A stretch of DNA of 54,625 bases. Origin: a virus (Duplodnaviria > Caudoviricetes). The notes beneath the pieces are model-generated. The model was given only the letters and a program-made list of their open reading frames with translations, was not told the DNA's origin and made no database searches. A program made the position numbers and the translations under genes. Positions 1 to 7,031 of the stretch are shown piece after piece. Position 1 is the stretch's first letter, and every line of letters begins with the position of its first letter. The stretch lies in the IMG/VR virus record IMGVR_UViG_3300008113_000089, positions 1 through 54,625 of that record; one strand, written 5' to 3'.

Positions 1-50
1 AACTGTTCGAACGTGAACGAAACAACATCAGTACTCTTATATGCCATACT

Positions 51-173
51 CTAACCTTTACCCTTTACAGAATAATCAGATGCATTCTCAACCCTGCCAT
101 CCGAGCAACCGCATCCGAGCAAAAGCCCGGATGCAATCACAACAACGATAATGAACTTAAGAAGTGGATGCAT
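51..173 (-). CDS. putative small lipoprotein (40 aa, not in ORF track)
   Basis: Manual translation MHPLLKFIIVVVIASGLLLGCGCSDGRVENASDYSVKGKG*. The ATG overlaps the upstream stop (TAATG at 175-171). Hydrophobic signal followed by an LLGC lipobox. Confidence 0.5.
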   Translation of the reverse strand: MHPLLKFIIVVVIASGLLLGCGCSDGRVENASDYSVKGKG

Positions 174-604
174 TACCATTCCACCACCATAACATATGGT
201 GATATCTCGAGTGCGTCATTATCAGAGCGTAGCAAACGCAGAGCTTCACGCCAAGAAGCAAACAATGCATCCCGGATATCCACGCCGCCAAACTCATCCG
301 AGAACTCACGCCACTCTACAGAATCGAGAACGTCCAGAACCTTTGCAAACTCAGTGACTACCATGTCAGAATCTGGAACCGTGATGGAACCCTCGTCTAC
401 GATGTAGTTATAAATGAACGATGTAAGGCCATGACCTGCTAAGTCTGGCACGATATTCGAAATCAACTCGGCTACGTTGTCGATTGTCAAGTAGCTTAGA
501 GTATTTGGGGGAAATGATAATCCTAACATTCTAAGTGAATCCTTCCAAGTCCACCGCCGTAGTGGTGGTGGATTATTGTATCGAGATATGCAAGTGTTGA
601 ACAT
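173..604 (-). CDS. hypothetical protein
   Basis: ORF track 173..610 with the first ATG at 604. Translationally coupled to the downstream ORF. No recognisable motif. Confidence 0.5.
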   Translation of the reverse strand: MFNTCISRYNNPPPLRRWTWKDSLRMLGLSFPPNTLSYLTIDNVAELISNIVPDLAGHGLTSFIYNYIVDEGSITVPDSDMVVTEFAKVLDVLDSVEWREFSDEFGGVDIRDALFASWREALRLLRSDNDALEISPYVMVVEW

Positions 605-767
605 GAACAATCCTACGATTGATTTGTACTATTATCCGAAAAAATTTTTCCGGCGCTGGCGCGCCGGGAGTTCGATCTCGCTAAAGCGAGACCATTCATT
701 GCTGTGTTCGTGACATATTGTTGTTATGTGTACGTTATCTGCACATTATATGAACGTGCTTATGCAT

Positions 768-868
768 CTTCGCATAAAGCTCGATGCAGTAGTGGAAGTC
801 CGTGGCGCTGTGCCAGCCCTCCCTTCCTTCCCTTGAGGGTGCGCCTTCGCATAAAGCTCGGCGCAGTA
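768..868. repeat. 24-bp direct repeat, two copies
   Basis: cttcgcataaagctcgatgcagta (768-791) and cttcgcataaagctcggcgcagta (845-868), 22/24 identical. Confidence 0.85.
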
Positions 869-983
869 CGCCCTCCTATCCAGTCGGGCGTACGCTGTGT
901 TTTTCCACACTATCTTCCTTCCCTCTTTAGTACTATGTGTACTTGCAGGGAAACTCTTCTCCCGCCGTAGAACCTATCCCCAT

Positions 984-1011
984 GCAGGTATGATATACTT
1001 GCGGGGAGGAG
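984..1011 (+). promoter_or_regulatory. extended -10 promoter with overlapping inverted repeat and RBS
   Basis: TG-a-TATACT at 991-999; GCAGGTAT (984-991) / ATACTTGC (995-1002) imperfect palindrome; GGAGGAG at 1005-1011 before ATG 1018. Confidence 0.65.
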
Positions 1012-1017
1012 ATAAAT

Positions 1018-1221
1018 ATGACAGGACTTGAAGCGTTGGCTGCGTTGCGTGAGGGTAAACACGTTCGTCGTGTTGACTGGAAGCCTGGTGATTACATTAG
1101 AGCGTCACGCCAACTGAAGAAGATTTCATACGTGCGGGGAAACATTATTTCTGTATTGATCGTTGCAGACCACTTCCTGAACGATGACTGGGAAGCTACT
1201 GATGCAAAGGATGGTGAGTAA
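1018..1221 (+). CDS. Tad2/DUF2829-like protein, copy 1
   Basis: N-terminal EALAALREGKHVRRVDW and C-terminal FLNDDWE match the Tad2/DUF2829 pattern (ALxxLxxGxxVxRxxW ... xxDW). Strong RBS. Confidence 0.65.
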   Translation: MTGLEALAALREGKHVRRVDWKPGDYIRASRQLKKISYVRGNIISVLIVADHFLNDDWEATDAKDGE

Positions 1222-1616
1222 TGGACGGTAGGCGTAAGTTAACCGACGAGCAGATTGCTTGGATAAGAGAGCGTGTCAAAGAAGGTGTCAAGCAGGAGAC
1301 TATTGCTCGAGAGTTTGGCATTAGCCCACAGCACGTATCCAAAATCAAACTCAAGCAACGACACGCTGCACATATAAAACAGACCGTAGGTAAGGCATTG
1401 GACTGGTTACTTGCAGGTAAACCTGTAACCCGTGAGTGTTGGCAGACTAACGAATACTTGCGGTATTCCGTAGCGACGATGACGTTTGAACTGTGGACTG
1501 GTTACGAGTGCGACATACTCGAGGCATTTGAGATTAGTGGCTACGACCTCTTCATAAGAGATTGGATACTAGGTGAGTTCGACGCAGATCGTGAGCCAAT
1601 CTGGCCGGAGGAGTAA
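1221..1616 (+). CDS. HTH domain fused to a Tad2/DUF2829-like domain, copy 2
   Basis: N-terminal KLTDEQIAWIR...GVKQETIAREFGISPQHVSKIK HTH. C-terminal TVGKALDWLLAGKPVTRECW...YDLFIRDW. Confidence 0.65.
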   Translation: MDGRRKLTDEQIAWIRERVKEGVKQETIAREFGISPQHVSKIKLKQRHAAHIKQTVGKALDWLLAGKPVTRECWQTNEYLRYSVATMTFELWTGYECDILEAFEISGYDLFIRDWILGEFDADREPIWPEE

Positions 1617-1618
1617 CC

Positions 1619-1888
1619 ATGACGTTTGGTGATGTACTCAAAGACTTGATTAATGGGCTACCTGTCTACCGTGAAGGATGGAAAGACGGTCACTTTATCT
1701 ACTATGAGAAGGACTGGAATATGTTTACTGAAGCACATCCCGGTCGTGACTGGCATACGTTGTGTTCAACGGCTCCTCTACGTGGAACTGATATGGCAGC
1801 TGATGACTGGCAAGTAGATGAGTGGGACGGTGAAGAAGATAAGCCAGACCATATTCGTGGTGTCACGAAAAAGGAGGTAGTGGAATGA
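1619..1888 (+). CDS. Tad2/DUF2829-like protein, copy 3
   Basis: MTFGDVLKDLINGLPVYREGW ... GTDMAADDWQV is the closest of the three to the Tad2 consensus MxFGxALxxLKxGxxVxRxGW...TDxLAxDW. Confidence 0.75.
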   Translation: MTFGDVLKDLINGLPVYREGWKDGHFIYYEKDWNMFTEAHPGRDWHTLCSTAPLRGTDMAADDWQVDEWDGEEDKPDHIRGVTKKEVVE

Positions 1889-2079
1889 CCTTTAAGATTT
1901 CAACTGAAGACGATATGTACCTGGCGGTTACCGCTATACATAAGCGAGATGGAAAGAGGGAAGTTGTCGGTAGAATCAACAACCCAACGTTCACTCAGCT
2001 CATATATGATGTCACTTACCATCTGGGTAAATTAAAGCGTGACAACGCTGAACGCACGGTACAGATAAACACGAAATAA
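1885..2079 (+). CDS. hypothetical protein
   Basis: ATGA overlap with the previous gene; AGGAGG RBS upstream. Confidence 0.6.
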   Translation: MTFKISTEDDMYLAVTAIHKRDGKREVVGRINNPTFTQLIYDVTYHLGKLKRDNAERTVQINTK

Positions 2080-2100
2080 AACACGATATAAACACAATGT

Positions 2101-2173
2101 AGCAACATAGTTTAATTGGTAAAACGCGTGGCCTGCAGCACGAGGATTGGTGGTTCGAGGCCGCCTGTTGCTA
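2101..2173 (+). tRNA. atypical tRNA / tRNA-like element (Cys GCA-like, aberrant anticodon arm, no encoded CCA)
   Basis: Acceptor stem AGCAACA/TGTTGCT; D arm GTTT-AATTGGTA-AAAC; T arm GGTGG-TTCGAGG-CCGCC; anticodon arm CGTG-GCCTGCAG-CACG. Confidence 0.65.
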
Positions 2174-2244
2174 TATACTTTCTGTGCCGCCCTAGTAAGG
2201 CGAGCATCCTAAAGGATCTCCAGACACCCGGGCTACTAACCCAT

Positions 2245-2274
2245 AAAAGACCAGTACGCCATGCTGGTCTTTTT
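2245..2274 (+). terminator. intrinsic terminator
   Basis: AAAAGACCAGTA-cgcca-TGCTGGTCTTTT hairpin ending in a T tract. Confidence 0.75.
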
Positions 2275-2292
2275 CATTTGTTAGAATGCGTT

Positions 2293-2637
2293 ATGAAAGC
2301 AACTCTATATCAATACGCTCTAAAGAATATCTCCGTGGTAGATGGAGATACGCTAAAGGCTGACATTGACCTTGGATTTGGTGTGGCTATAACCAATAAG
2401 AAGATTCGCTTGGAACACATCAACTGCCCAGAGAAGAACACTCCTGAAGGTGTTGTAGCAAAGCAATTTACAGAAGCGTGGATTGTAGAACACAACGAGG
2501 CTGTAATCAGCGTAAAGAATCACCGTGAAGATAAATACGGCCGCATACTAGGTTCAATCACTGGTGATGGTCAAAGTCTGGCTGATGCACTAAAGATTGC
2601 CGGTCATGGCGTAGATTACGAAGGCGGTAAACGCTAA
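2293..2637 (+). CDS. thermonuclease (SNase-like) family nuclease
   Basis: VVDGDT, IRLEHINCPE and DKYGRILG motifs. Start reassigned to ATG 2293 because the upstream ORF extension crosses the tRNA and terminator. Confidence 0.85.
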   Translation: MKATLYQYALKNISVVDGDTLKADIDLGFGVAITNKKIRLEHINCPEKNTPEGVVAKQFTEAWIVEHNEAVISVKNHREDKYGRILGSITGDGQSLADALKIAGHGVDYEGGKR

Positions 2638-2643
2638 AAAGGA

Positions 2644-2673
2644 AAAGACCCCTCTGTGAAGGGGTCTTTCTTT
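2644..2673 (+). terminator. intrinsic terminator
   Basis: AAAGACCCCT-ctgtga-AGGGGTCTTT followed by CTTT. Confidence 0.75.
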
Positions 2674-2749
2674 CGCTCGTCTTAATTGTCAAAGGCATGA
2701 TGGGCGGACTTTTAAGATGTCATCGCGTCTCAATTACTCTACCATGCTG

Positions 2750-2767
2750 TATACTTGCGGTGGAGGA
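2750..2767 (+). promoter_or_regulatory. -10 box TATACT plus RBS
   Basis: TATACTTGCGG, the same motif as 994-1004, followed by GGAGGA. Confidence 0.55.
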
Positions 2768-2771
2768 TGTT

Positions 2772-2957
2772 ATGAAAAAATCATTCATCGATGCAGTTAT
2801 GAAAGCGTTCGGTATTCCGAAGGTTGAGGTAGAAAAAATCCCTCTGCAAGACCTTCTCCGTGGGAGAGATTTGGAAAAAGACGTAGAGCAATTAGACTTG
2901 GCTACACTCAAAGCATTGTTTCGTCGGTCTGGGATGGAATTGAGGAAACGCCTTTAA
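2772..2957 (+). CDS. hypothetical protein
   Basis: GGAGGA RBS before ATG 2772; TAATG coupling to dut. Confidence 0.6.
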   Translation: MKKSFIDAVMKAFGIPKVEVEKIPLQDLLRGRDLEKDVEQLDLATLKALFRRSGMELRKRL

Positions 2958-3421
2958 TGTACTTTGAACTTATTGACGGTGCTTTGGGTATTTTGCCGGT
3001 AAAAAGCACATCAAAAGCAGCTGCTTATGACTTGTTTGCTAGTCAATCCTGTGTTGTTGGAGGTGGTCAGACAACACTCATTAGAACTGGTGTGCGCACT
3101 AAACTCCCTGATCATGTCATTGGTTTGGTGTGTAGTCGTTCCGGATTGGCATTAAAAAGTTCCGTATTCGTACTTAACGCACCTGGTGTTATTGATGCCG
3201 ATTACGACCAAGAAATTGGCGTAATTTTGTGCAACGCTAGTTACAATCCATTTCATGTTGATGCAGGTATGCGCATAGCACAGATGCTGTTTGTACATAA
3301 CGCAACATATGCCGATACAGGCTCTGATATCGTCCGTACAGGCGGTTTTGGTAGCACAGGCGTAAGTAATATGTGCGTAGATAACGGCTTGATGTATGAC
3401 GAATTGGATACACCTAAGTAA
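2957..3421 (+). CDS. dut: trimeric dUTPase
   Basis: AAYDL, SRSGLA, GVIDADY, RIAQ and RTGGFGSTG motifs. Confidence 0.95.
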   Translation: MYFELIDGALGILPVKSTSKAAAYDLFASQSCVVGGGQTTLIRTGVRTKLPDHVIGLVCSRSGLALKSSVFVLNAPGVIDADYDQEIGVILCNASYNPFHVDAGMRIAQMLFVHNATYADTGSDIVRTGGFGSTGVSNMCVDNGLMYDELDTPK

Positions 3422-4059
3422 TGGCAGCAACCCTTAAATACATTCAGCCAGACGCTGAACAGTTTATGATTCATCTTGCTCGAGTATCGTCCAATAACGA
3501 GGATAATCCAGAGTACGAGCGGTTACTAACCTACTGTATGAAGGGTGGTCACTGGTCAGTTTTCCAAATGGTTGATGTGACCATAGAAATCTTCACATCA
3601 CGGGCTATTGCCGCTCAGATTCTCAGACATCGCAGCTTCAACTTCCAAGAGTTCAGCCAGCGGTATGCAGACCCATCTAAGATTGAGATGGACTTACCAA
3701 CTATGCGTAAGAAAGGCTCTTCCAATAGGCAAGGCAGCGTCCCCTTTACTGACAAGGAAGACCAGTTGAACGCTGACAATACAGCACTATCGGCTATATT
3801 GCACTCAATCAGGACATACAACCAACTTGTAGAGAGTGGTGTAGCCCTAGAATCAGCTCGTATGGTGCTTCCACTCTGTATGGGTACACGCCTGTATATG
3901 AAGGGTACGGTACGGGACTGGTTACACTACTGCCGTGTGCGAATGGACGAGCATACGCAGGAAGAACACAGGGAAATCGCAACAGATTGCTGGAATGTTC
4001 TAAAGGAAGTTCTGCCAGTTACAACAAAATCCTTTGAGAAGTACTACCTAAATCAGTAA
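3421..4059 (+). CDS. thyX: FAD-dependent thymidylate synthase
   Basis: HWSVF, RHRSFNFQEFSQRY signature, ESARMVLP, HTQEEHREIA. Confidence 0.95.
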   Translation: MAATLKYIQPDAEQFMIHLARVSSNNEDNPEYERLLTYCMKGGHWSVFQMVDVTIEIFTSRAIAAQILRHRSFNFQEFSQRYADPSKIEMDLPTMRKKGSSNRQGSVPFTDKEDQLNADNTALSAILHSIRTYNQLVESGVALESARMVLPLCMGTRLYMKGTVRDWLHYCRVRMDEHTQEEHREIATDCWNVLKEVLPVTTKSFEKYYLNQ

Positions 4060-4092
4060 AACGCCGGTATACTTACAGGGACAGGAGTTGTT

Positions 4093-4254
4093 ATGGAAAC
4101 AAAAAACACGGACAAGGAACCTATTGTCTTCACAATGGAGATGATGGTTCAACTCATTGAGCAGCTGAACGCTGTGACAACATATTTCGACTTGATGAAC
4201 GTCAAGATGAACAAGTTGCAAGAACGAATCAAGGAACTTGAAAAGAAAAAATGA
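4093..4254 (+). CDS. small coiled-coil hypothetical protein (53 aa, not in ORF track)
   Basis: Manual translation METKNTDKEP...KLQERIKELEKKK*. AGGAG RBS, TATACT at 4068-4073, ATGA overlap with the next gene. Confidence 0.65.
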   Translation: METKNTDKEPIVFTMEMMVQLIEQLNAVTTYFDLMNVKMNKLQERIKELEKKK

Positions 4255-4520
4255 CAACGATTATCACTAAAAGTCGTGATTGTAATGTGGATATCAAGCT
4301 GTCTTACAGTGATGGTATCCAGTATCACATCACAATTGATGATACTGACCCATACGTTGGAACACCGCTACAGGCTTGGAACTACCTTTATTCCCAGCGC
4401 AATGACGGTGTCTGTGTACCCAACCGGGTAATGCTTGAATTGGCAGAGACTGTTATTCAGTACCTTGCCCCAAAGAAGCCATATCGCCCACTCAGCGAAA
4501 TGACTACGTTTGACGAATAG
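4251..4520 (+). CDS. hypothetical protein
   Basis: Coupled ORF within the operon. Confidence 0.6.
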   Translation: MTTIITKSRDCNVDIKLSYSDGIQYHITIDDTDPYVGTPLQAWNYLYSQRNDGVCVPNRVMLELAETVIQYLAPKKPYRPLSEMTTFDE

Positions 4521-4531
4521 AGGAACTACGG

Positions 4532-4930
4532 ATGCTTAATAGAGTTGTATTAATCGGAAGGTTATGTGCTGACCCTGAGATTCGCACCACGAATGCAGGT
4601 AAGACTGTTGCAGGACTGCGTATTGCAGTTGATCGGAAGGGACGAGAGAAAGAAACAGACTTCTTTGAAGCATCTGCCTTTGGTCAATCTGCCGACTTTG
4701 CTGGCACGTATCTTAAGAAGGGGCGATTGGTTTCCGTCGATGGCAAGCTGCGTGTACGTGAGTTTGAAGCCAAAGATGGTACTAAGCGTAAGGTCTACGA
4801 AATCATCGTAGATGACATCTCTGGCCTTGACCGACCTAAAGATGGAGAACCTGGTGGCTTTACAGAGTCATCGGCTGGCATCAAGAAAGCTGCACCTATG
4901 CAGGATATTGATGACCCATTTGCAGAATAA
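4532..4930 (+). CDS. ssb: single-stranded DNA-binding protein
   Basis: MLNRVVLIGRLCADPEIR, YLKKGRLVSVDGKL, acidic C-terminal DDPF tail. Confidence 0.95.
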   Translation: MLNRVVLIGRLCADPEIRTTNAGKTVAGLRIAVDRKGREKETDFFEASAFGQSADFAGTYLKKGRLVSVDGKLRVREFEAKDGTKRKVYEIIVDDISGLDRPKDGEPGGFTESSAGIKKAAPMQDIDDPFAE

Positions 4931-4948
4931 GACACCAAATAAAACAAG

Positions 4949-4980
4949 AAACACTCCCTCAACTAAGGGAGTGTTTTTTT
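4949..4980 (+). terminator. intrinsic terminator between convergent genes (possibly bidirectional)
   Basis: AAACACTCCCT-caacta-AGGGAGTGTTTTTTT. Confidence 0.8.
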
Positions 4981-5186
4981 ACTCTATCTACAATCTCATC
5001 TGAAAGTTCTTCATCGTCAGTCAGTTCTACAACCAGATACCAGATTGCTTTATGTAGGTCTTGATTCTTGTACTGCTTGTGATTACATCTAGCCACGTAC
5101 TTGATGACGTTGAATAGATGTGGGTTCAACCCCCAGTCCATTGCAAACTTCCTTGGACTGGGGCCTTTACGATAGTGTTCAACCAT
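4959..5186 (-). CDS. DUF3310-like protein
   Basis: HY...FNVIKYVARCNHK...QDLHKAIWYL pattern. Start reassigned to ATG 5186. Confidence 0.75.
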   Translation of the reverse strand: MVEHYRKGPSPRKFAMDWGLNPHLFNVIKYVARCNHKQYKNQDLHKAIWYLVVELTDDEELSDEIVDRVKKHSLS

Positions 5187-6795
5187 GTCGTTCTTTGCTT
5201 TCTTGGATACGTCTTCCAATCCATCCCATGACAGGCACAGCCATGGAGTTACCAATTGCTTTATAACGGGGACCATCAGGAGTATCCTTGCGTATATCTG
5301 TCCAGTTGTCTGGGAAACCTTGAAGCCGCTCACATTCAATAGGCATTAACCGGCGAACAATCCAGTTGTCTTTATTGGCAAATACAATTGATTCAACAGG
5401 TGTTCCATCTGATCGGAATCCACTACCGGGATTAGCACGTAGCGTATTGGCTACATCGTGAGCAACGTATTGATCTTGTGATGCAGCTACAGTAAAAGCC
5501 ATCTCATCTTGTCCCAAGTATCCCGTGCCTCCTGTCCCACCAACGGGACCGCCACGGCTACCATCACCATTTCCACCACCACGCATCTTGAATGCATGAC
5601 TGTGGGCAATGCCGTGTACGCCTGTAGCATTTAGAGTGTACATGGGACCACCAACTGTAAACCCATCTCCGTTACCGCCGTTGAGCGGTTGGCGGCCAAT
5701 AGTGTTCTCAGCAAGAGCAATAGGTTGCACGGCAAGATTAGTGCTTTGGATGTCACCAATATCAAAGCAGTTCAACGTGTTTGCGATACCGTCATCTACC
5801 CACGTCTCTTCACCGTCTTTGCATCGAGGGCGTGTACTCTTACGGAAGATGTGCTGTACTAGCGGAACATTACCACCACCTGTACCCATATGGGCAGTCA
5901 GCGTCCCACTAGTCTCTGGTTCTTCGATTACCCGACCATCACTAGGATGATGGTTGTACAGAACGCATTGTTGGTTATCACCATTCTTATGGGATGATGC
6001 CAGTATGGTTCCTGTTTTCTCCGTAAGATTAAGATTACCTGTTCTGGCTAATGCTGGATTGAAACTTGCAGGGACAAAGAGAGTTGCACCACCATCAATA
6101 TGCTGGTTTTCCAAACCCATCTTGTCCCCGTAGTGAGCATCTAAGGTTCCTGCGATTCTTGCTGGCCAAGAGCCACCCTCCGCATCAGCGCTTGCTTCAG
6201 TACTGGAGGAAGTTTTTTGCCGCGACTTTCGGCTCTTCTGAGGATACCCTCGCAAGCTTTCGGACTCAAATAGTATTTCTCCGGCACGTCTTGAATCTCC
6301 ACTAATATGTCCGACAAGAAAGACTCGACGGCGGCGCTGGGGGACTCCAAAGTATTGAGCGTCAAGCACTCGGTAGGCCCACCCATACCCGATGTACCCC
6401 ACCGCCGTGAGGAGGGAACCAAAATCCCTTCCTTCGTGGGATGACAAAACACCGGGTACGTTTTCCCAGACAAAGAATTCTGGCTGATAGTACTCAACCA
6501 TTGAAACGAAGGTGAGGCTAAGATTTCCTCTGGGGTCATCGAGTCCTTTACGCAATCCTGCAACGGAGAAGGACTGACAAGGGGTTCCTCCGACAATAAG
6601 GTCAACTGTATCTCGGTCAAGATTCCACTCCTTAAACTTAGTCATATCTCCAAAATTGGGCACATCCGGAAAGCGTTTTGTTAAACTTTCTGAAGGAAAT
6701 TTTTCAATCTCCGAATACCCAACTGGAGTCCAACCTAAGTCATGCCAAGCAACTGACGCTGCTTCTATCCCACTGCATACACTTAGGTAACGCAT
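5179..6795 (-). CDS. dcm: DNA (cytosine-5) methyltransferase with long repetitive variable region
   Basis: Motif I SVCSGIE, IV GGTPCQSFS, VI WENVPG, VIII PQRRRRVF, IX RRLMPIECERLQGFPD, X IGNSMAVPV. The start at 6795 overlaps the upstream TAA. Confidence 0.93.
   Translation of the reverse strand: MRYLSVCSGIEAASVAWHDLGWTPVGYSEIEKFPSESLTKRFPDVPNFGDMTKFKEWNLDRDTVDLIVGGTPCQSFSVAGLRKGLDDPRGNLSLTFVSMVEYYQPEFFVWENVPGVLSSHEGRDFGSLLTAVGYIGYGWAYRVLDAQYFGVPQRRRRVFLVGHISGDSRRAGEILFESESLRGYPQKSRKSRQKTSSSTEASADAEGGSWPARIAGTLDAHYGDKMGLENQHIDGGATLFVPASFNPALARTGNLNLTEKTGTILASSHKNGDNQQCVLYNHHPSDGRVIEEPETSGTLTAHMGTGGGNVPLVQHIFRKSTRPRCKDGEETWVDDGIANTLNCFDIGDIQSTNLAVQPIALAENTIGRQPLNGGNGDGFTVGGPMYTLNATGVHGIAHSHAFKMRGGGNGDGSRGGPVGGTGGTGYLGQDEMAFTVAASQDQYVAHDVANTLRANPGSGFRSDGTPVESIVFANKDNWIVRRLMPIECERLQGFPDNWTDIRKDTPDGPRYKAIGNSMAVPVMGWIGRRIQESKERHG
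6141..6620 (-). CDS. nested out-of-frame gene inside the MTase (M.EcoHK31I beta-like polypeptide)
   Basis: 159-codon ORF in an alternative frame. AAGGAG lies 7 nt upstream of the TTG start. Contains LSDILVE..VPEKYYLSPKACEGILRRAESRGKKLP. Confidence 0.65.
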   Translation of the reverse strand: MTEIQLTLLSEEPLVSPSPLQDCVKDSMTPEEILASPSFQWLSTISQNSLSGKTYPVFCHPTKEGILVPSSRRWGTSGMGGPTECLTLNTLESPSAAVESFLSDILVEIQDVPEKYYLSPKACEGILRRAESRGKKLPPVLKQALMRRVALGQQESQEP

Positions 6796-7031
6796 TAGTC
6801 GATAAGCCCAAGGGATTGAGCCTTCTTCACAGCACGGGTACGAGCATCCATGCCACTGACGTTCAACTTCCAATACATATTGTCAGCGTGAAACTGGACT
6901 GTCCTAAAAGAGATTCCCAGTGCCGCTCCAATCATCTTGGCTGTCCGACCCTTTGCGAGATGCGTCAAAATCTCCAACTCCCGCTCCGACAGCGGATACT
7001 GCATTTCTTCTGCCTTTTGCTCTAATTCCAT
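6795..7031 (-). CDS. LuxR/GerE-type HTH transcriptional regulator (no sensor domain)
   Basis: LSERELEILTHLAKGRTAKMIGAALGISFRTVQFHADNMYWKLNV; AAGGAG RBS before ATG 7031. Confidence 0.9.
   Translation of the reverse strand: MELEQKAEEMQYPLSERELEILTHLAKGRTAKMIGAALGISFRTVQFHADNMYWKLNVSGMDARTRAVKKAQSLGLID

Noticed and set aside
98-134. catccgagcaa direct repeat with an inverted cggatgc
   Set aside because: Only 11 bp and inside the small lipoprotein ORF; could be chance or a local duplication.
768-868. Possible mini-CRISPR array
   Set aside because: Only two repeats, a 53-nt spacer and no cas genes. Kept as a plain direct repeat.
704-970. 88-aa ORF in the intergenic region
   Set aside because: No RBS, Cys/Pro/Arg-rich composition typical of non-coding frames, and it crosses the repeats.
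2116-2292. N-terminal extension of the nuclease ORF
   Set aside because: It overlaps the tRNA and terminator. ATG 2293 has its own -10 box.
5187-5339. Long N-terminal extension of the DUF3310-like ORF
   Set aside because: It lies within MTase motifs IX-X. The family pattern starts at ATG 5186.
6904-7031. 128-nt overlap as a sign of stop-codon reassignment
   Set aside because: TAA, TAG and TGA all terminate well-defined genes here and long genes are intact under code 11. More likely a lost stop codon.
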